Source: Podarcis muralis
Taxonomy: Eukaryota
Length of the DNA: 64,000 nt
Direction: 5' to 3'
Assembly: GCF_964188315.1 (NCBI RefSeq)
Contig: NC_135665.1
Coordinates: 25,358,001-25,422,000 of the forward strand
Below the pieces are notes generated by a model, which had not been told where the DNA came from, made no database searches, and saw only the letters and a list, made by a program, of their open reading frames with translations. How positions within the stretch are numbered: the stretch's first letter is position 1; each line of letters starts with the position of its first letter. Of the stretch, positions 49,917 to 62,960 are shown one piece after another. Both the position numbers and the translations under genes were made by a program.

Positions 49917-50089
49917 CTTCCAATAGCACCTTAAAGACCAACTAAGTTAGTTCTTGGTATGAGCTTTCGTGTGCATGCACACGAAAGCTCATACCAAGAA
50001 CTAACTTAGTTGGTCTTTAAGGTGCTACTGGAAGGATTTTTTTTTTTTTTTTTTGACTATGGCAGACCAACACGGCTACCTATCTGTAA
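49917..50089 (+). mobile_element. Short palindromic PLE-derived element with 12-bp TSD
   Basis: Perfect palindrome 49924-50027, followed by a one-sided tail (ctggaagga-T run-gactatggcagaccaacacggctacc). Direct repeat CAGGTTTCATTT at 49905-49916 and 50090-50101. Each arm has GTGTG/CACAC-GAAAGCTC. PLE origin is an inference. Confidence 0.7.
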
Positions 50090-50269
50090 CAGGTTTCATT
50101 TGTTGAGCTTGATGCCCTTACTCCAAGCATCCCTGATCACTGACTGTGCTGACTGGGGCTTATGGAAAGTTGTAGCTATGCTACCCCTGCACCAGAGAAC
50201 CAGCACTTTAACATTATGTATTATTTTTTTACATTTCTATGCCGTCCTTCACCTGAACATCACAGGGCA

Positions 50270-50735
50270 GTTTACAATATGAAAACACAGAAATACATAC
50301 CACAGTAACAAACAAAAACAACGCCCCCCCCCCCGCTCCCCTGGCAGTTTAAAAGGCCACAGCTTGCTGAATTAGCCATAGGCTTGGGAGAAGAGGAATA
50401 TTTTTGCATAGCTCCTAAAGATATGTAACAAAGGCCCCAGGCGAGCCTTTCTGGGGAGAGCATTCTGCAAGCAGGGAGCCACCGCAGAAAAGGACAATTT
50501 TTGTGTTGCCGCTGTCTCAAGGAGGAGGCACATGAAGAAGGGGAAGGTTTGTTCTTGTTATGTATTTTGTGTTTTTGTCTTGTATTTTTATGCTGTGACC
50601 CACCCTGAGATCTTCAGATGAAGGGAGGTATAAAAATTTAATAAATAAAAAAAGACAAAAGATGATTGCAGATCCAGGTAAGTTTATGTGGGAAGAGGCG
50701 GTCCCTGAGGTATTGCGGTCCTGAGCTGTTTAAGG
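50270..50735. mobile_element. Old minus-strand L2 fragment interrupted by a plus-strand L2 3' tail (~50545-50650)
   Basis: Similar by eye to the L2 copies. The tail gtgacccaccctgagatcttcagatgaagggaggtataaa also occurs at ~62965. Confidence 0.5.
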
Positions 50736-51298
50736 CAACAGAGCCTCTTGTGGCTCAGGGTCAGGTGGGAAGACCCTCCCCTAAGTCAATGACAAGTGAA
50801 GGAATCATCATCCCTGTGCTCCACATTGAAACCAGCTGATTGATTGAAATCAATCGATTTGCACACCATTACATCAAAATCAAATCAGATACAAGGTGCT
50901 ACCCACTGTTGTCCCCCCTTAAATCCTATACTGCGGTTAAATGACACGCATTTAGTTAGGGCCAGCATTCTGAGTTGATTTGGGGGTTTCACCATCTCTA
51001 TAGTACACCACAGAGCCTCTTATACTTCCATAGCAGACATTATGGCATCACCTGTATCTTTGAGTCATCTGCCTGCAATTGCTATGGGTGCTTCAGACAA
51101 TTTATTTGATTGCTGCCATCATATCTCCGCAGAACAGGATGGGACTGTATTGATTAGAGCCCTGGCTTTAAGTTCAAAGTCTAGAGATGAAGCATCCAGC
51201 TTCTTTGGAAAACACTATTAGATACCAGCTGTGAAAAGGTCAAAATTCCTGTACACCTATTTTGATTCCCTACAGTACCCTCCATGAGGGAGTTTGCC

Positions 51299-51487
51299 CA
51301 TAGCTGTCAACTTTCAGATTTGAAAATAAGGGATCAGCAGCCTCGAAAATAAGGGATCAGCAGCCTCACCTGTCCTGGGGACAGTCTACAGGATATCTAA
51401 CAATCCAGGATAGTAGCGGGAAGCAGCGGGAAATGGTGCTGGAATAAGGGAATTTCCCGCAAAAAAAAGGGAAAGTTGACAGCTATG
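51299..51487. mobile_element. hAT MITE with an internal tandem duplication
   Basis: Perfect 16-bp TIR catagctgtcaacttt; TSD A(G/A)TTTGCC; gaaaataagggatcagcagcctc occurs twice. Confidence 0.85.
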
Positions 51488-51623
51488 AATTTGCCTTCTA
51501 AGTCAGCCAGCTTGTCCTCTTCTTCCACAGCAGAGGTCCTTTTGAAACCAGTCACATAAGCAGTGGAAGAGTGGCAGGTGCACGGAACAACCAAGAGACT
51601 ACCTATGTGACTACCTATGTAAC

Positions 51624-51930
51624 CAGTGCCGGATTTATGTATAAGCTAAACGAGCTATAGCTTAGGGCCCCACTCTCTTGCCCCCCCCCCCAATTTCACT
51701 ATTAATATACTTCTTAATTGTATTTCAGTTCAACAATTACTTTGATAAAATACCTATTTTGTTATGTGCAAATGGCTGTAGATACCTATTAGGTCCATAA
51801 ATGACCATATAGCATATATTTAACACAAAAAAACAGTGACAATTTGTTGTTGACAACAGACAGCTGGACATATAAAGGGCCCCATAACCTTCAGTAGCTT
51901 AGTGCCTCATCAAACCTAAATCTGGCCCTA
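51624..51930. mobile_element. hAT MITE
   Basis: Ends cagtgccggattta / taaatctggcccta; perfect 8-bp TSD TATGTAAC. Confidence 0.8.
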
Positions 51931-52858
51931 TATGTAACATATAGTAGATGCAAGATTTTTCCACCAGGAGCACTTCAATCTTACCCATGGCTGCTCCAAG
52001 GGCAATGTACTTGTGCTGGTCATGGAACCAACTACACTTTGTTGTGTGATGTTTTGTTTGACCTGTGGGGGGGGGGGGGCGTGTCTGAAGAAGCAAGTTC
52101 ACATGTCCGTAAATATTCTTGATGCTGTGAACCTCATCTTCTCTTTCACAAATTGCAGGTACCTCACAGGTTGACATATGATCGCAACTAGGAATGTTCA
52201 TCAGGTTTTGTACTCTTTCCAAATGAGGAGGGGGAGTGGTTTTTTCAGAATTTACAAGGCATAACTGGACCCGATTTCCTGCTGAAAAATGTTGGAGGGT
52301 ATGCAATCTTTTCCGCTTTAGAGTTTTAAAATCTCCCTTGTCACCCCTGCCTCTAAGTACTGAAGTTTTTTTCCCCCCAGTGGTACACTATTTCCAGCTG
52401 CTAAATATTTAATATTTTAAAGACGAGGTATGTTGCTCATTACCAGCCTAAATGAAATACATATAAATGTTACTGACAGCTGGGGTTATGCTAACTGTTC
52501 TGACCTCAGAAAGTTCTGTTTGCATTTAAAACTAAATATCATTTCATGCTGTTTTAAATTAGGCTACCAGGTTGATAAAGAGCAATTATGGACATTCGCT
52601 GTGCTGCTGGTAGTGTGATTGTTCTTGTAAGTCTGCATATATTCTCCTTTTAGAGCTTGGCATCTACTAATTTAACACCTTCCATTAAAAACATTTGGGG
52701 ACACTAGTTATAAGTAATACATTTCTTAGGTAAGTGTTAGTTATCTGGACTCAATTACCTTTCTCAGCAAGGCCCCCAAAGCATGGCAATAATATACTTG
52801 CGTGGTATGCATTAGTGACATAGAAAATTGATAAAGCTATGCTAGAACCATGAGAATA

Positions 52859-53104
52859 TACAGTGGTACCTCGGGTTAAGTACTTAATTCGTTCTGGAGG
52901 TCTGTTCTTAACCTGAAACTGTTCTTAACCTGAAACACCACTTTAGCTAATGGGGCCTCCTGCTGCCGCCGCGCCGCCGGAGCACAATTTCTGTTCTCAT
53001 CCTGAAGCAAAGTTCTTAACCCGAGGTACTATTTCTGGGTTAGCGGAGTCTGTAACTTGATGTGTATGTAACCTGAAGCGTCTGTAACCCGAGGTACCAC
53101 TGTA
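52859..53104. mobile_element. Tigger-like MITE family A (opposite orientation)
   Basis: tacagtggtacctcgggttaag...gtaacccgaggtaccactgta. Confidence 0.9.
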
Positions 53105-54488
53105 ATGAACAAAGTTATACAAATGTTCCGAGAAAACTAAGAATCACAAAAGCACTGTAGTTTGGACCAGGGATATAATATTGTTTAGAACATCTCAAAA
53201 ACAACTCTAAGTATTTGGGTCCATGTCTTCAGCTTTGAAATCCCTCAAAATGCAACATCATGTAAATGCTGATCCCTACATTTAATACATTGAACTGCTT
53301 CCCATAGTACAGTTTTACTCCAAGTATTGCTCCTGCAAGTCAGTCATGTGAGTAAAAACATAACATTGGAAATGTGTCACACATAGTTATAACTTGCAAA
53401 GAAATGTGTATTTAAAATCATTCCCTAATTAGATTTTATGAAAGCACACTTGAAAGTGCACACTTGTAAAAACTGTAAAGGCATTTAATGTAAAAAAATG
53501 GATCTGAGTTCCCTGAACTCTTAACCATAGTTAAGAAATTAGGATTGTCCCATTAACTTATACACGCTTTGAACACTTATGAATGCTCTTCCTTCCCCAT
53601 TCAGAATTAACCAGCTTCAAATCCTCGTTTCAAAGTCTGATTTAAGGTTTGCCACGGTTTAACACTAACTTCAGTGCAAATACAACTAGGGATAGCATAC
53701 AAAATTGAACAGGATAACTCCTAATATTGCCCCCTGCCCTGATTCATCATGAAACTACACACTTCCAAAGCACAATCTATTTCAGGTTGAAGTAAGGGAT
53801 GTGCATGTATCCCTAGACATAACTCAATACCATGGTTAACACTGAAATACAAATTGCTAACAGTACAGAATATTTTGTCTGTGTGTGCATGCACACACAG
53901 TAAAATTCAAGTGTCTCTTTTGGTCTATGAGCGTGCATATTTCTTGTTGATAGAGACTCTTTGCCCTTGACAACTGTCTGACAGGTTCAATGGGCACAGC
54001 TTTCTATGGCACAGAGAGACACCAACCTTTAACTTTGTTGTTTCTTAAAATCTACACTCTTTCTCTCTAAAAAGAAATTTGAGTTCTCCTACAAGTTTAA
54101 TGGAAAGCAACTAAATGGTACAAACGTGTTCCTATGCAGAGGAACACCCTAAAATAAACCATTATTTGGTAACTATTAATCAGTTCTTTATTACCCCATT
54201 CACAATACTAAAACACACATGCTGTTTCTTCTTTTCCTACTTATTAAGAGTGCCCTATTCCTCCATTCTCACTAAGAGCACTTTGGCTTATTCTATTTTT
54301 GTGACCAACTGATCTCGTTATAGGCAATTTTCCTCTTTATAAATAGTGCCTTTATTTATTTTGAAAAAAACAACAGCAGGAAGGTCCATAAGAGTGCTGC
54401 GTAAGTAACTCTAAAAGGTTTTTGTGGGGGGCGATTTCGGTTTCTTTCTTTTCCTATGACAATTCATGAGCTGCTAACACAAGTAGTA

Positions 54489-54839
54489 AGGTAACGGTAA
54501 AGGGACCCCTGACCATTAGGTCCAGTCGTGGATGACTCTGGGGTTGTGGCACTCATCTTGCTTCACTGGCTGAGGGAGCTGGCGTACAGCTGCTGGGTCA
54601 TGTAGCCACCATGACTAAGCCGCTTCTGGTGAACCAGAGCAGCGCACGAAAACGCCGTTTACCTTCCCGCTGGAGTGGTACCTATTTATCTACTTGCACT
54701 TTGATGTGCTTTTGAACTGCTAGGTTGGCAGGAGCAGGGACCAAGCAACGGGAGCTCCCCCGTCGCGGGGATTCAAACCGCTGACCTTCTGATCGGCAAG
54801 CCCAAGGCTCTGTGGTTTAACCCACGGCGCCACCTGCGT
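54489..54839 (-). mobile_element. Sauria/POM-type SINE
   Basis: ggtaaagggacccctgaccattaggtccagtc...cccacggcgccacctgcgt. Confidence 0.9.
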
Positions 54840-55902
54840 AGTAGTTTCAAGAATAAAAGTCTGAAAAATCCATTGCTAATTTCCTACTCATTTCTATTTA
54901 CTTTTATTCTACGTATGTTCTCATTTAGTTAAAGTTTATCTAATCAGGATAAGTTACAAGGAAATCTACTACAAAGCTCTAGCCACAAAGCCATAGTGTT
55001 ATGGCTAAACTTGCATTTAATCAGTTTATTTAAAAGATAAATATACCCTATTTTTCAGGTGATAATCTCCTAGAGCTGCTAATGTTAAAATGTTGATTTT
55101 TTTTTTTTATCCAATAGTATCACATAAAAACAGAACAGGAACAATCAAAGATAAAAACTATACATGGTATCTACATCAAAGATTTGAACACACCCACCAA
55201 ACATCTAGGGTCCAAAGAAATATAAAGTACATCAGAGTCAGAGTCTGCTGAGACAGCCTGGGGATAGCATTTTATAGTCAGGGTACAACAACTGAAAAGG
55301 CCCTATTATGCTCCTAAACTGCCTCACCTCCAAAGATAAACTACAGAAGGCCCTCAGAGGCAGATTATAGTAGCCAAGGAGGCTTGTGTGGAAGCAGCTC
55401 GTATGGAAGTTTAAAATATGGTAATTATTAGAGATGTTTAATTATTTTGATGAAGCATTCCCTTAAGGGAAAGAGGTGGTATCTAATTGCAGTGGAGTAG
55501 CAGCGTGTGTGTGTGTGTGTGTGCGTGCGCACACTAGGGGGCATAGTCCAAGGGCATTTTTTTGAGGGGGTGCAACCAGGCAACTCCACGATAGGGTCCC
55601 TCATTGAGGGAAGCAGTGCCTGGGCTCAGCCAATGGGAATGGGGTAGCAGGGGCTCCTTCTCCTTAGGGCCGCCCTTGGGTTGGCCAAGAGGGAGGGGAG
55701 GGTACAGTCACCAGCTGGCTGCAGCTCCACTCGTAAACCAGGTCTGACCTGGACACTTCACTGCCCCTCTCCTCTGCTGGGCTCCGGTGCGTGAGTGCAC
55801 CCCCAGGTGACACGGTTTAATTGTGGTGTCCTAGTTTCTGAGAGAAAGGGAAATCTTAAAATATCTTCTTGCAAATATTTGTACATCTCCTTTATATTTT
55901 CA

Positions 55903-56133
<231 letters not shown>

Positions 56134-56832
56134 TCATAAATACAATACAAAACAATAATGTACTTTTATATTCAAAACCCAAATCTGCTTGAGCAAGAAT
56201 GTTTCCTCCCATCCATTCTGTTCTGGGAGAAAACTTCATCCACCACTGGGAATATAAGATCACAAAGCATAATGGCTCCTGGAAAATAAAATATTTTTAC
56301 TGAAATAGTAAAATAAGTGCATGCAAGGCAACAGAGCACTGTGACCATGCTGCCCTTGAGGGTTATTATTTCCAGCAGAGTGCAGGCCAGTAAATGAGAT
56401 TTGATGTGGGGAGATAGCATAGCTTGAAGTCAAAGTCTTGTTCTCGGAACTGCCAAGGGTAGAGAAGAGGCAGGGGAATCATATATGATTTAGGCTCACA
56501 CATGCTCCCCATTATACCAACTGATTGCCAATGAGAAACAAACTCCAAAGCCCAACCCATCCCCCCTGCAACATTCCCAATGTAGCTTCTGGTTTAAAGA
56601 TGGTGTCCTTAGCCTCTCCTTAAGTCTTTACGGGTTTTGGTAAGGCATAGCCTTACCTGCCCCCCCCAAAGGCTAGAGCTATGGAAAGAACAAAAATTAA
56701 TCATTTATTAGCAAATAGCTCACAAAGTATTTTAAGTAAATTTGTTTCAACAAATAATACTTGTCAGTTCAAGTCCATTCAAAAATATACCAAGTTGAGT
56801 CTATATAAATTGATGGATTTCCTTCTCAGTCA

Positions 56833-56950
56833 CTTAACCCTCACAACAATTCTTAGGTGATACCTTAGGCTGAGAGATAGTGACTGGGTTCAAGGTAATC
56901 CAATGAGCTTCACAGCTGCATGGAGAATTGAACCCAGACCTGCTGGTTTA
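56833..56950 (-). mobile_element. MIR/CORE-like SINE fragment
   Basis: cctcacaacaattcttagg...gagaattgaacccag. Confidence 0.5.
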
Positions 56951-57209
56951 ACAGCAGGATAGAAATACAGGGAGAACATAACCCATATCTCCAAGCGAAA
57001 CAAACAGACATGAAAAGTCGCCTTGGCTCAATTCAATGGGCTCGCTCGCCTACTTGCAAGAGCAGGAAATCAATTGTTTCAATAACAATCACAATGCTGA
57101 CACCAAACTCAAGGTTACAATTCTGCACCTTGCTATTCACACATGAATTGCATTTCACCTTCTTTCAGGAGCTGAAAGGACTTGCTTCTTCTTCCATTAT
57201 AATAACAAC

Positions 57210-57345
57210 CAGTGCTATTTTTCGAGAAAAAGAAGTGCTGGAACTCACCATGAATGCCTCTCTTGTTCTCTTATAATGGTAATGGCGTCTACCTGAGAGG
57301 TGCTGGAACTGAGTTCCAGTGAGTTCTGGCTGGAAAAAAGCCCTG
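57210..57345. mobile_element. hAT MITE
   Basis: Ends cagtgctattttt / aaaaaagccctg; TSD AT(A/C)ACAAC. Confidence 0.75.
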
Positions 57346-58940
57346 ATCACAACCCTGCTCTTTAGTGATAGAACATTGGCACAAGGTTACCCAGAGAGCT
57401 TCATGGCTGACTAGGGGTATATAATTTTTTTTTTTAAACTTTGATATCTGTTTTCCTAGCTTATAAGATCTCTCGATGAGCCAGTTAGAATGACAGATAA
57501 GAGGAAACTCTATATTCTGATGTATATTATAGTTGTAATTTTAGTGGCAGCATATAATATATACGTGCGTGAAATTTCTCTGTAAATTTATTACTATAGT
57601 CTGCCATCACCCTTAGGTCATCTCTAAGCAGAATAGACATTTACCAAGGTCTGTTTTGTTTTAGTTTTTCCTTGTGTGAGCATACTTAACTCTTCAGATG
57701 TTCATTCAAATAACTGATAACTGAATGTGTGACAGAGAAGAGAGAGAAAACAAACAGAATGTTGTGGCACTCAGCAGCACCATTATTTAGTTAATTATTT
57801 CTAAAACGTGTATTCTGTCTTTTGGTGGCCAATTGGCATTCCCAGTGAGCCTTACAAAAGAGTAAGAAGAAACATATTGCAAAATAAATAAAACCTCACA
57901 GGATAAAAACCCAATCTAGTGAAAACTCGCAACAGCTTAAAAGAATTAAAAACTTGCTGCTTGGATTTGTGGCCAGGTCTGCAGTCGAAGTATTTTCACA
58001 TCAGAGCCTCACAAGCTCAAATCCTTTATCATTTCAAGGCTGCTCTCACAGTTTCAAATGCCTTTGAGTACTGTGCTAGTGAAAAGTGAACTAAAATTTA
58101 AAAACGAAGGCAAAAAGGCTCAGTATAAAGCCGCCTGCAATAGTGAGACTCTTTTCGGCCCACTCTTAAAGGTATTATAAAAGAGCTTATATTTCCATTT
58201 GTTTATGAGCACAGCTGTCCAAAGGAAAAATAACATTAAACTATTTTGAACACAAGCATTTAATGTAGAGAATTACAGTTGTAGCATTAGTAGTCATTCC
58301 TGAGAAAAGGATTTATGAAGAGTTTGTCATTTGCTTTTAGCACAGACAGATAATTTGCTAGCAGGCAGGTTGCTATGCATAAGTAATGAATTGTGTCTTT
58401 GAGGATTATTAAGATTTCTTTAAGGATTATTAAGATTATAAATTATACAGGCTTTTAAATGGAATGTTATTTATATGCAAGCTGGGTACAAGCCACAGAC
58501 CTATTTCTGTTGTGCTTTCTTGGGTGTAAAACTGATGTTGTTCTACTGAAAGGCAGTAAGAGTCATACTGGTTTAAGTATTGGCACGAAATTACCATCAG
58601 GGCAACAGATATGCACATTTTGAATAAATGAATTATTGAACATTAGAATGCAATATCGTGGTTACTATGGATTTACAAATCACTCACTCAAAGGAAGACT
58701 TCTTGACAAACCCAACAACCAGAAAAAGCAGACACAAGAATTTGAGTCTCTGTGCAAAGTCACCATGCATGACAATATCCATACTGAGTGACTGCCCCTC
58801 TCAATGACTGTATAACGTGTATACAAGTTCCACTTCAAGGAGGGATGATGGGCAGTAGAGAATCTATACCATCCAAGGCAAGTTCTCAAGCACTGTCAGT
58901 GGCATTAACCTATTTGGGCAAAAGTCGGACATGCCAGATA

Positions 58941-59290
58941 GGGACGCGGGTGGCGCTGTGGGTTAAACCACTGAGCCTAGGACTTGCCGATCAGAAGGTC
59001 GGCAGTTCAAATCCCTGCGACGGGGTGAGCTCCCGTTGCTTGGTCCCTGCTCCTGCCAACCTAGCAGTTCAAAAGCATGTCAAAGTGCAAGTAGAAAAAT
59101 AGGTACTGCTCTGGCAGGAAGGTAAACGGTGTTTCTGTGCGCTGCTCTGGTTCACCAGAAGCGGCTTTGTCATGCTGGCCACATGACCTGGAAGCTGTAC
59201 ATCGGCTCCCTCGGCCAGTAAAGCGAGATGAGCACCGCAACCCCAGAGTCGGCCATGACTGGACCTAATGGTCAGGGGTCCCTTACCTTT
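58941..59290 (+). mobile_element. Sauria/POM-type SINE
   Basis: gggacgcgggtggcgctgtggg...ggacctaatggtcaggggtcccttacc. Confidence 0.9.
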
Positions 59291-59599
59291 TAGGACATGT
59301 CGGCAGTAATAGCAACTGGTTGCATCATGGGCTGTGAATCTGCATGGATGCTTACATTGCCTAGACTGGGACATATTGAGGCAGGAAGTATATTTTTCCA
59401 TGGAAAGAGGGATTGTTTGTGGGGCAGGAAAGAGGGATTGGTTGTGGGGCAGGGGACACAGAGAACTGTAGCTCTGTGAAGGGGACTGGGCTCTCTCAAC
59501 AGCTCTCAGCACCTTTAACAAGTTACAATTCCCAAAATTTCTGGGGAGATGCTATGGAGTGTTTAAGTGGCATAAGAGGGTTTAAAATGTCTGGCTGTG

Positions 59600-59726
59600 G
59601 CCCCAGTGTGGTGCGGTGGTTAGAGTGTTGGACTAAGACTGGGGAGACATAGGTTCAAATCCCTGCTCAACTATGCAGCTCTCTCAGTCTCAGCTAACCT
59701 CACAGGGTTGTTGTGAGGTTAAAATA
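59600..59726 (+). mobile_element. MIR/CORE-like tRNA-derived SINE fragment
   Basis: gtggttagagtgttggact...ggttcaaatccc...cctcacagggttgttgtgagg. Confidence 0.6.
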
Positions 59727-59865
59727 ATAGAATTGTAGAGTTGGAAGAGTCCTGGGGTATCATCGAGGCCAACAGCCTGCAATGTAGGAATCTTTCTGCC
59801 CAGTGGGGGACTCAAACCCACGACCCTGAGATCAAGAGTCTCATGCTCTATGGACTGAGCTATGT
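59727..59865 (-). mobile_element. SINE with tRNA-Lys(CTT)-derived head and CR1-like tail
   Basis: Minus strand tagctcagtccatagagcatgagactcttgatctcagggtcgtgggtttgagtccc resembles tRNA-Lys-CTT, followed by ...tcttccaactctacaattctatt. Confidence 0.7.
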
Positions 59866-60689
59866 GGGAGACAGAGAACTGTGAATGTCACATTGAACTC
59901 CTTGGAGAAGACAGACTAAAAATGTAGCCAAATAAATCATATTTTTTTTAATGACTAATAGATAATGCAGTTAGACTAATAATGTCAGTAAAGTATTCAA
60001 AAATATATTCTTATACATTGGCAGACCTGTTAAGAATGAGGCAGTCGCTTGGGAGAATATATCCTAGCAGTTATTTTCAAGTTGTTTTGATGGATTTTGT
60101 ATCACTTCCATTTCAATCTATAATGTGATTTTCTTTGTTTTTACACACAAACACAAACACACACAGTGTGATATCACTGCTGACTTTACAATAAATTTCT
60201 TCTGCCCTTATGATTGTTTCAATGTGCTGGATCGAAACATGAGACTATGTTATGAATAAAGACCTTTTTCCTATAATTCATTTATGTTTCGAAACAAAGG
60301 TCTGCAATTCAATTTCTTCTCTGTCTCAACATATTTCTTTTCTGCAGTTTAAAAAACATGCCTTAGCTTTGTCCAATTTCAATAATTCAGCACTGTGTTT
60401 GATAAGATTTTATTTTTAGCTGTATTATATGAAGATCCAATCTCAGATATGGCATATTTCCTTCCCTGTGGTGATGCGAGCTGAGGACTTTGTTTACCTG
60501 GCAAGTTCATAACCAGACAGTCCTTGATTCTAAAGTCTTGAATACTCATTAGCACTTATTTCATGTTTAGGTTCATGATCCATGTCTGCTATTCATGAAA
60601 TGTTGCTTCATATGCCAAACCGCTGATGATGCATACTGATCTGAGAAGACCACTTGATTAAGTACTCTTAGCAATAAGTTCATTATATA

Positions 60690-61240
60690 ACTTCCTACAT
60701 GCAAAATGGGGTGTGTGTGTTTATTTTATCACCCTTTTTGCGAAAGTCTCTGAAAGATATTCTGAGCAATCTTTTCTCTTTATAGCATTTCTGGTCAAAC
60801 CAAGGGGAGCGATTAGAGGGGGTAACAGATGCAGGCTTAGCTATTGTACCACATAAGTCTATTACTTGGAAGTAAGCTGCTATTACTACCTTAATAGAAT
60901 GTGAGTTAGTAAGGGTTGCTCTCAAATGTAACATTTTGTCAGAGTCCAGGAATTTGGCAATCAGCCCTTCGAATTGCGAGGACCATCTAATCCTTTTCAG
61001 AATACTATGAGAAGCCTGATCTGAGTTACCAGCTTCAAGGTCTTTTTTGCTGGGTCACATTGTATAGTCAGAAGTAAGGGGGAGTGGTCACTTTCTGTAC
61101 CGAGTCCAATAGAAAAGAAGTTAACATCAGAGTGTAGATTTAGAGAAAAGGATACAATAATCAACTACACTATGACCCCTTGACAAGATAAACGTGAACT
61201 TATCGTCACCAGGTTTAAGATAACTACATTATGGGCAATA
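60690..61240 (-). mobile_element. Ancient LINE ORF2 fragment (APE endonuclease end plus linker)
   Basis: Manual minus-strand translation near 61150-61215 gives KFTFILSRGHSVVDY (APE C-terminal motif). ORF 60695..60934 contains PWFDQKCYKEKRLLR, typical of an EN-RT linker. Confidence 0.6.
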
Positions 61241-61491
61241 CAAAATTCCATAAATTTTAACCCCGCTCTGTTAGTTAATCTATCCTTAAAGGAGCAGGGA
61301 ACAGACAGTGGGGTAGGTATTTTATCTCTTCCTTGAAAGCCCAATTGGGATACAGTATTTTGGTTGTTGGCCCCAATTCATGCATTTAAATCACCCAAAT
61401 TAATAAATTGGGGAGGTGAAATTTTTTGGATACAGTGAACATAACATCTCTCAGCATGTCCCAATTAGCAGTTAGAATTTCGTGGATTAAG

Positions 61492-61891
61492 TACCGTATT
61501 TTTTGCTCCATAGGACGCACTTTTTCCCCTCCAAAAATGAAGGGGAAATGTGTGTGCGTCCTATGGGGCGAATGCAGGCTTTCGCTGAAGCCTGGAGAGC
61601 GAGAGGCATCGGTGCGCACCGACCCCTCTCGCTCTCCAGGCTTCAGGAAGCTATCCGCAAGCCTTGCAAGGCTTGCGGGCAGCGCGCGAGGCTTGGGGCG
61701 GCAGCCTGCAGCCCGAAGCATGGGGAGCCCTCCGGAGGGCGCCCCGTGCTTCGGGTAGGTGTGTGCAAGGCTTGGGGCGGCAGTCGCGGCGGGGGGGGGG
61801 GGGGATAAATTTTTTTTATTCATCCCCCCCCCCCCAAAAAATGAGGTGCGCCCTATGGGCCGGTGCGCCCTATAGGACGAAAAATACGGTA
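61492..61891. mobile_element. Tc2/pogo-like MITE, longer CpG-rich variant
   Basis: Same TIRs (taccgtattttttgctccataggacgc / cctataggacgaaaaatacggta) with a different GC- and CpG-rich interior, suggesting a young copy. Confidence 0.85.
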
Positions 61892-62014
61892 CTACACTGC
61901 TAGAAGCTCCATACAATAAGAAATGAGATATTCAAATTATAAACTACCACTTTTTTTGATACGCAAAAGTGGTGCCTGTTGGTAATACTCAATTATAATC
62001 TATTATACAACCCA

Positions 62015-62960
62015 CGTTGTGGTGGTTCCGGTCCTATTTGGATGGAAATTTTCAGAGGATGATGCTTGGGGAATGTTCTTCAGCTCCTTGGAGTCTTCAA
62101 TGTAGGGTTCTTCAAGGTTCTGTTTTGCCGCCTATGCTGTTTAACATCTACATGAAACCACTGAGTGGGGTTATCCAGAGGTTTGGAGTACATTGTCAGC
62201 AATATGCTGATGACACACAGCTCTGCTTGTCCTTTACATCTGCAGGTGTGGCAGTGGATATGGTGGACATGGTCTTCCCTCGGTAATGGACTGGATGAAA
62301 GCCAGCAAACTGAAACGTAATCCAGATAAAACTGAGGCACTGTTAGTGGGTGGTTTCCTAGACTGGATGGCTAGGAGGATGTGTGCTCTTGATGGGGTTA
62401 CACAGTTGGGCTATCCCTGTCCTGACAGGGGTGGAAGGCAGTCTGCACCACTGAGGTCACTTGAGCCTCCAGAGAAAGCAAAGCATTTGGCAGCAATGTC
62501 GTTCACCGGGGCAAGATGGTTTGAGTTTATTATACAGATTCTGGCCAATTAGGTTCCAGGCAAAATTCAAAGTGCTGTTTTTGACATATACAGCCTGGAA
62601 CAGCTTAGGACTGCAACGCCTCCATCATCATCCTCTGAGGCCCCTCTTCATGTGCCTCCTCCCTGAGAGGTCCAGAGGGTGGCAACACAACAATGGGCCT
62701 TTTCTGCAGTGGCTCCCCACTTGTAGGATGCTCTCCCCAGGGAGCCTCGTCTAGCATCTTCCTTACATAACCATAGGCACCAGGCAAAAACATTATTCTG
62801 TTCCCAAGCCTTTGGCTAATTAAGCAAGTTACGGACTTTTAAACTATGAAGGAGGTTGTTGTTTTTCCTGTTATTATGGTATGGGTTTTTTTTTTAAAAA
62901 AAATGTAAACCACCCTGTGATCTTCAGATGAAAGGCAATATAGAAATGTAATAAATCATC
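62015..62960 (+). mobile_element. Degraded L2/CR1-type LINE fragment with RT motifs
   Basis: ORF 62017..62286 contains QGSVLPPMLFNIYM and YADDTQL. L2-like 3' end near 62960. Confidence 0.8.

Noticed and set aside
57240-57260. Minus-strand GGCATTCATG|GTGAG resembling the end of the preceding FER exon (..IH..)
   Set aside because: Lies inside a hAT MITE, gives the wrong phase and residue (needs ...CIHR ending in phase 2), and has no upstream kinase sequence.
59797-59865. Possible tRNA-Lys gene
   Set aside because: Acceptor stem, D arm and T loop are damaged (GTTTGA instead of GTTCGA) and it is fused to a CR1-like tail, so it is treated as a SINE head.
61386-61916. GC-rich 176/110/101-aa ORFs
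   Set aside because: Almost entirely within a non-autonomous MITE interior, with no transposase motif.
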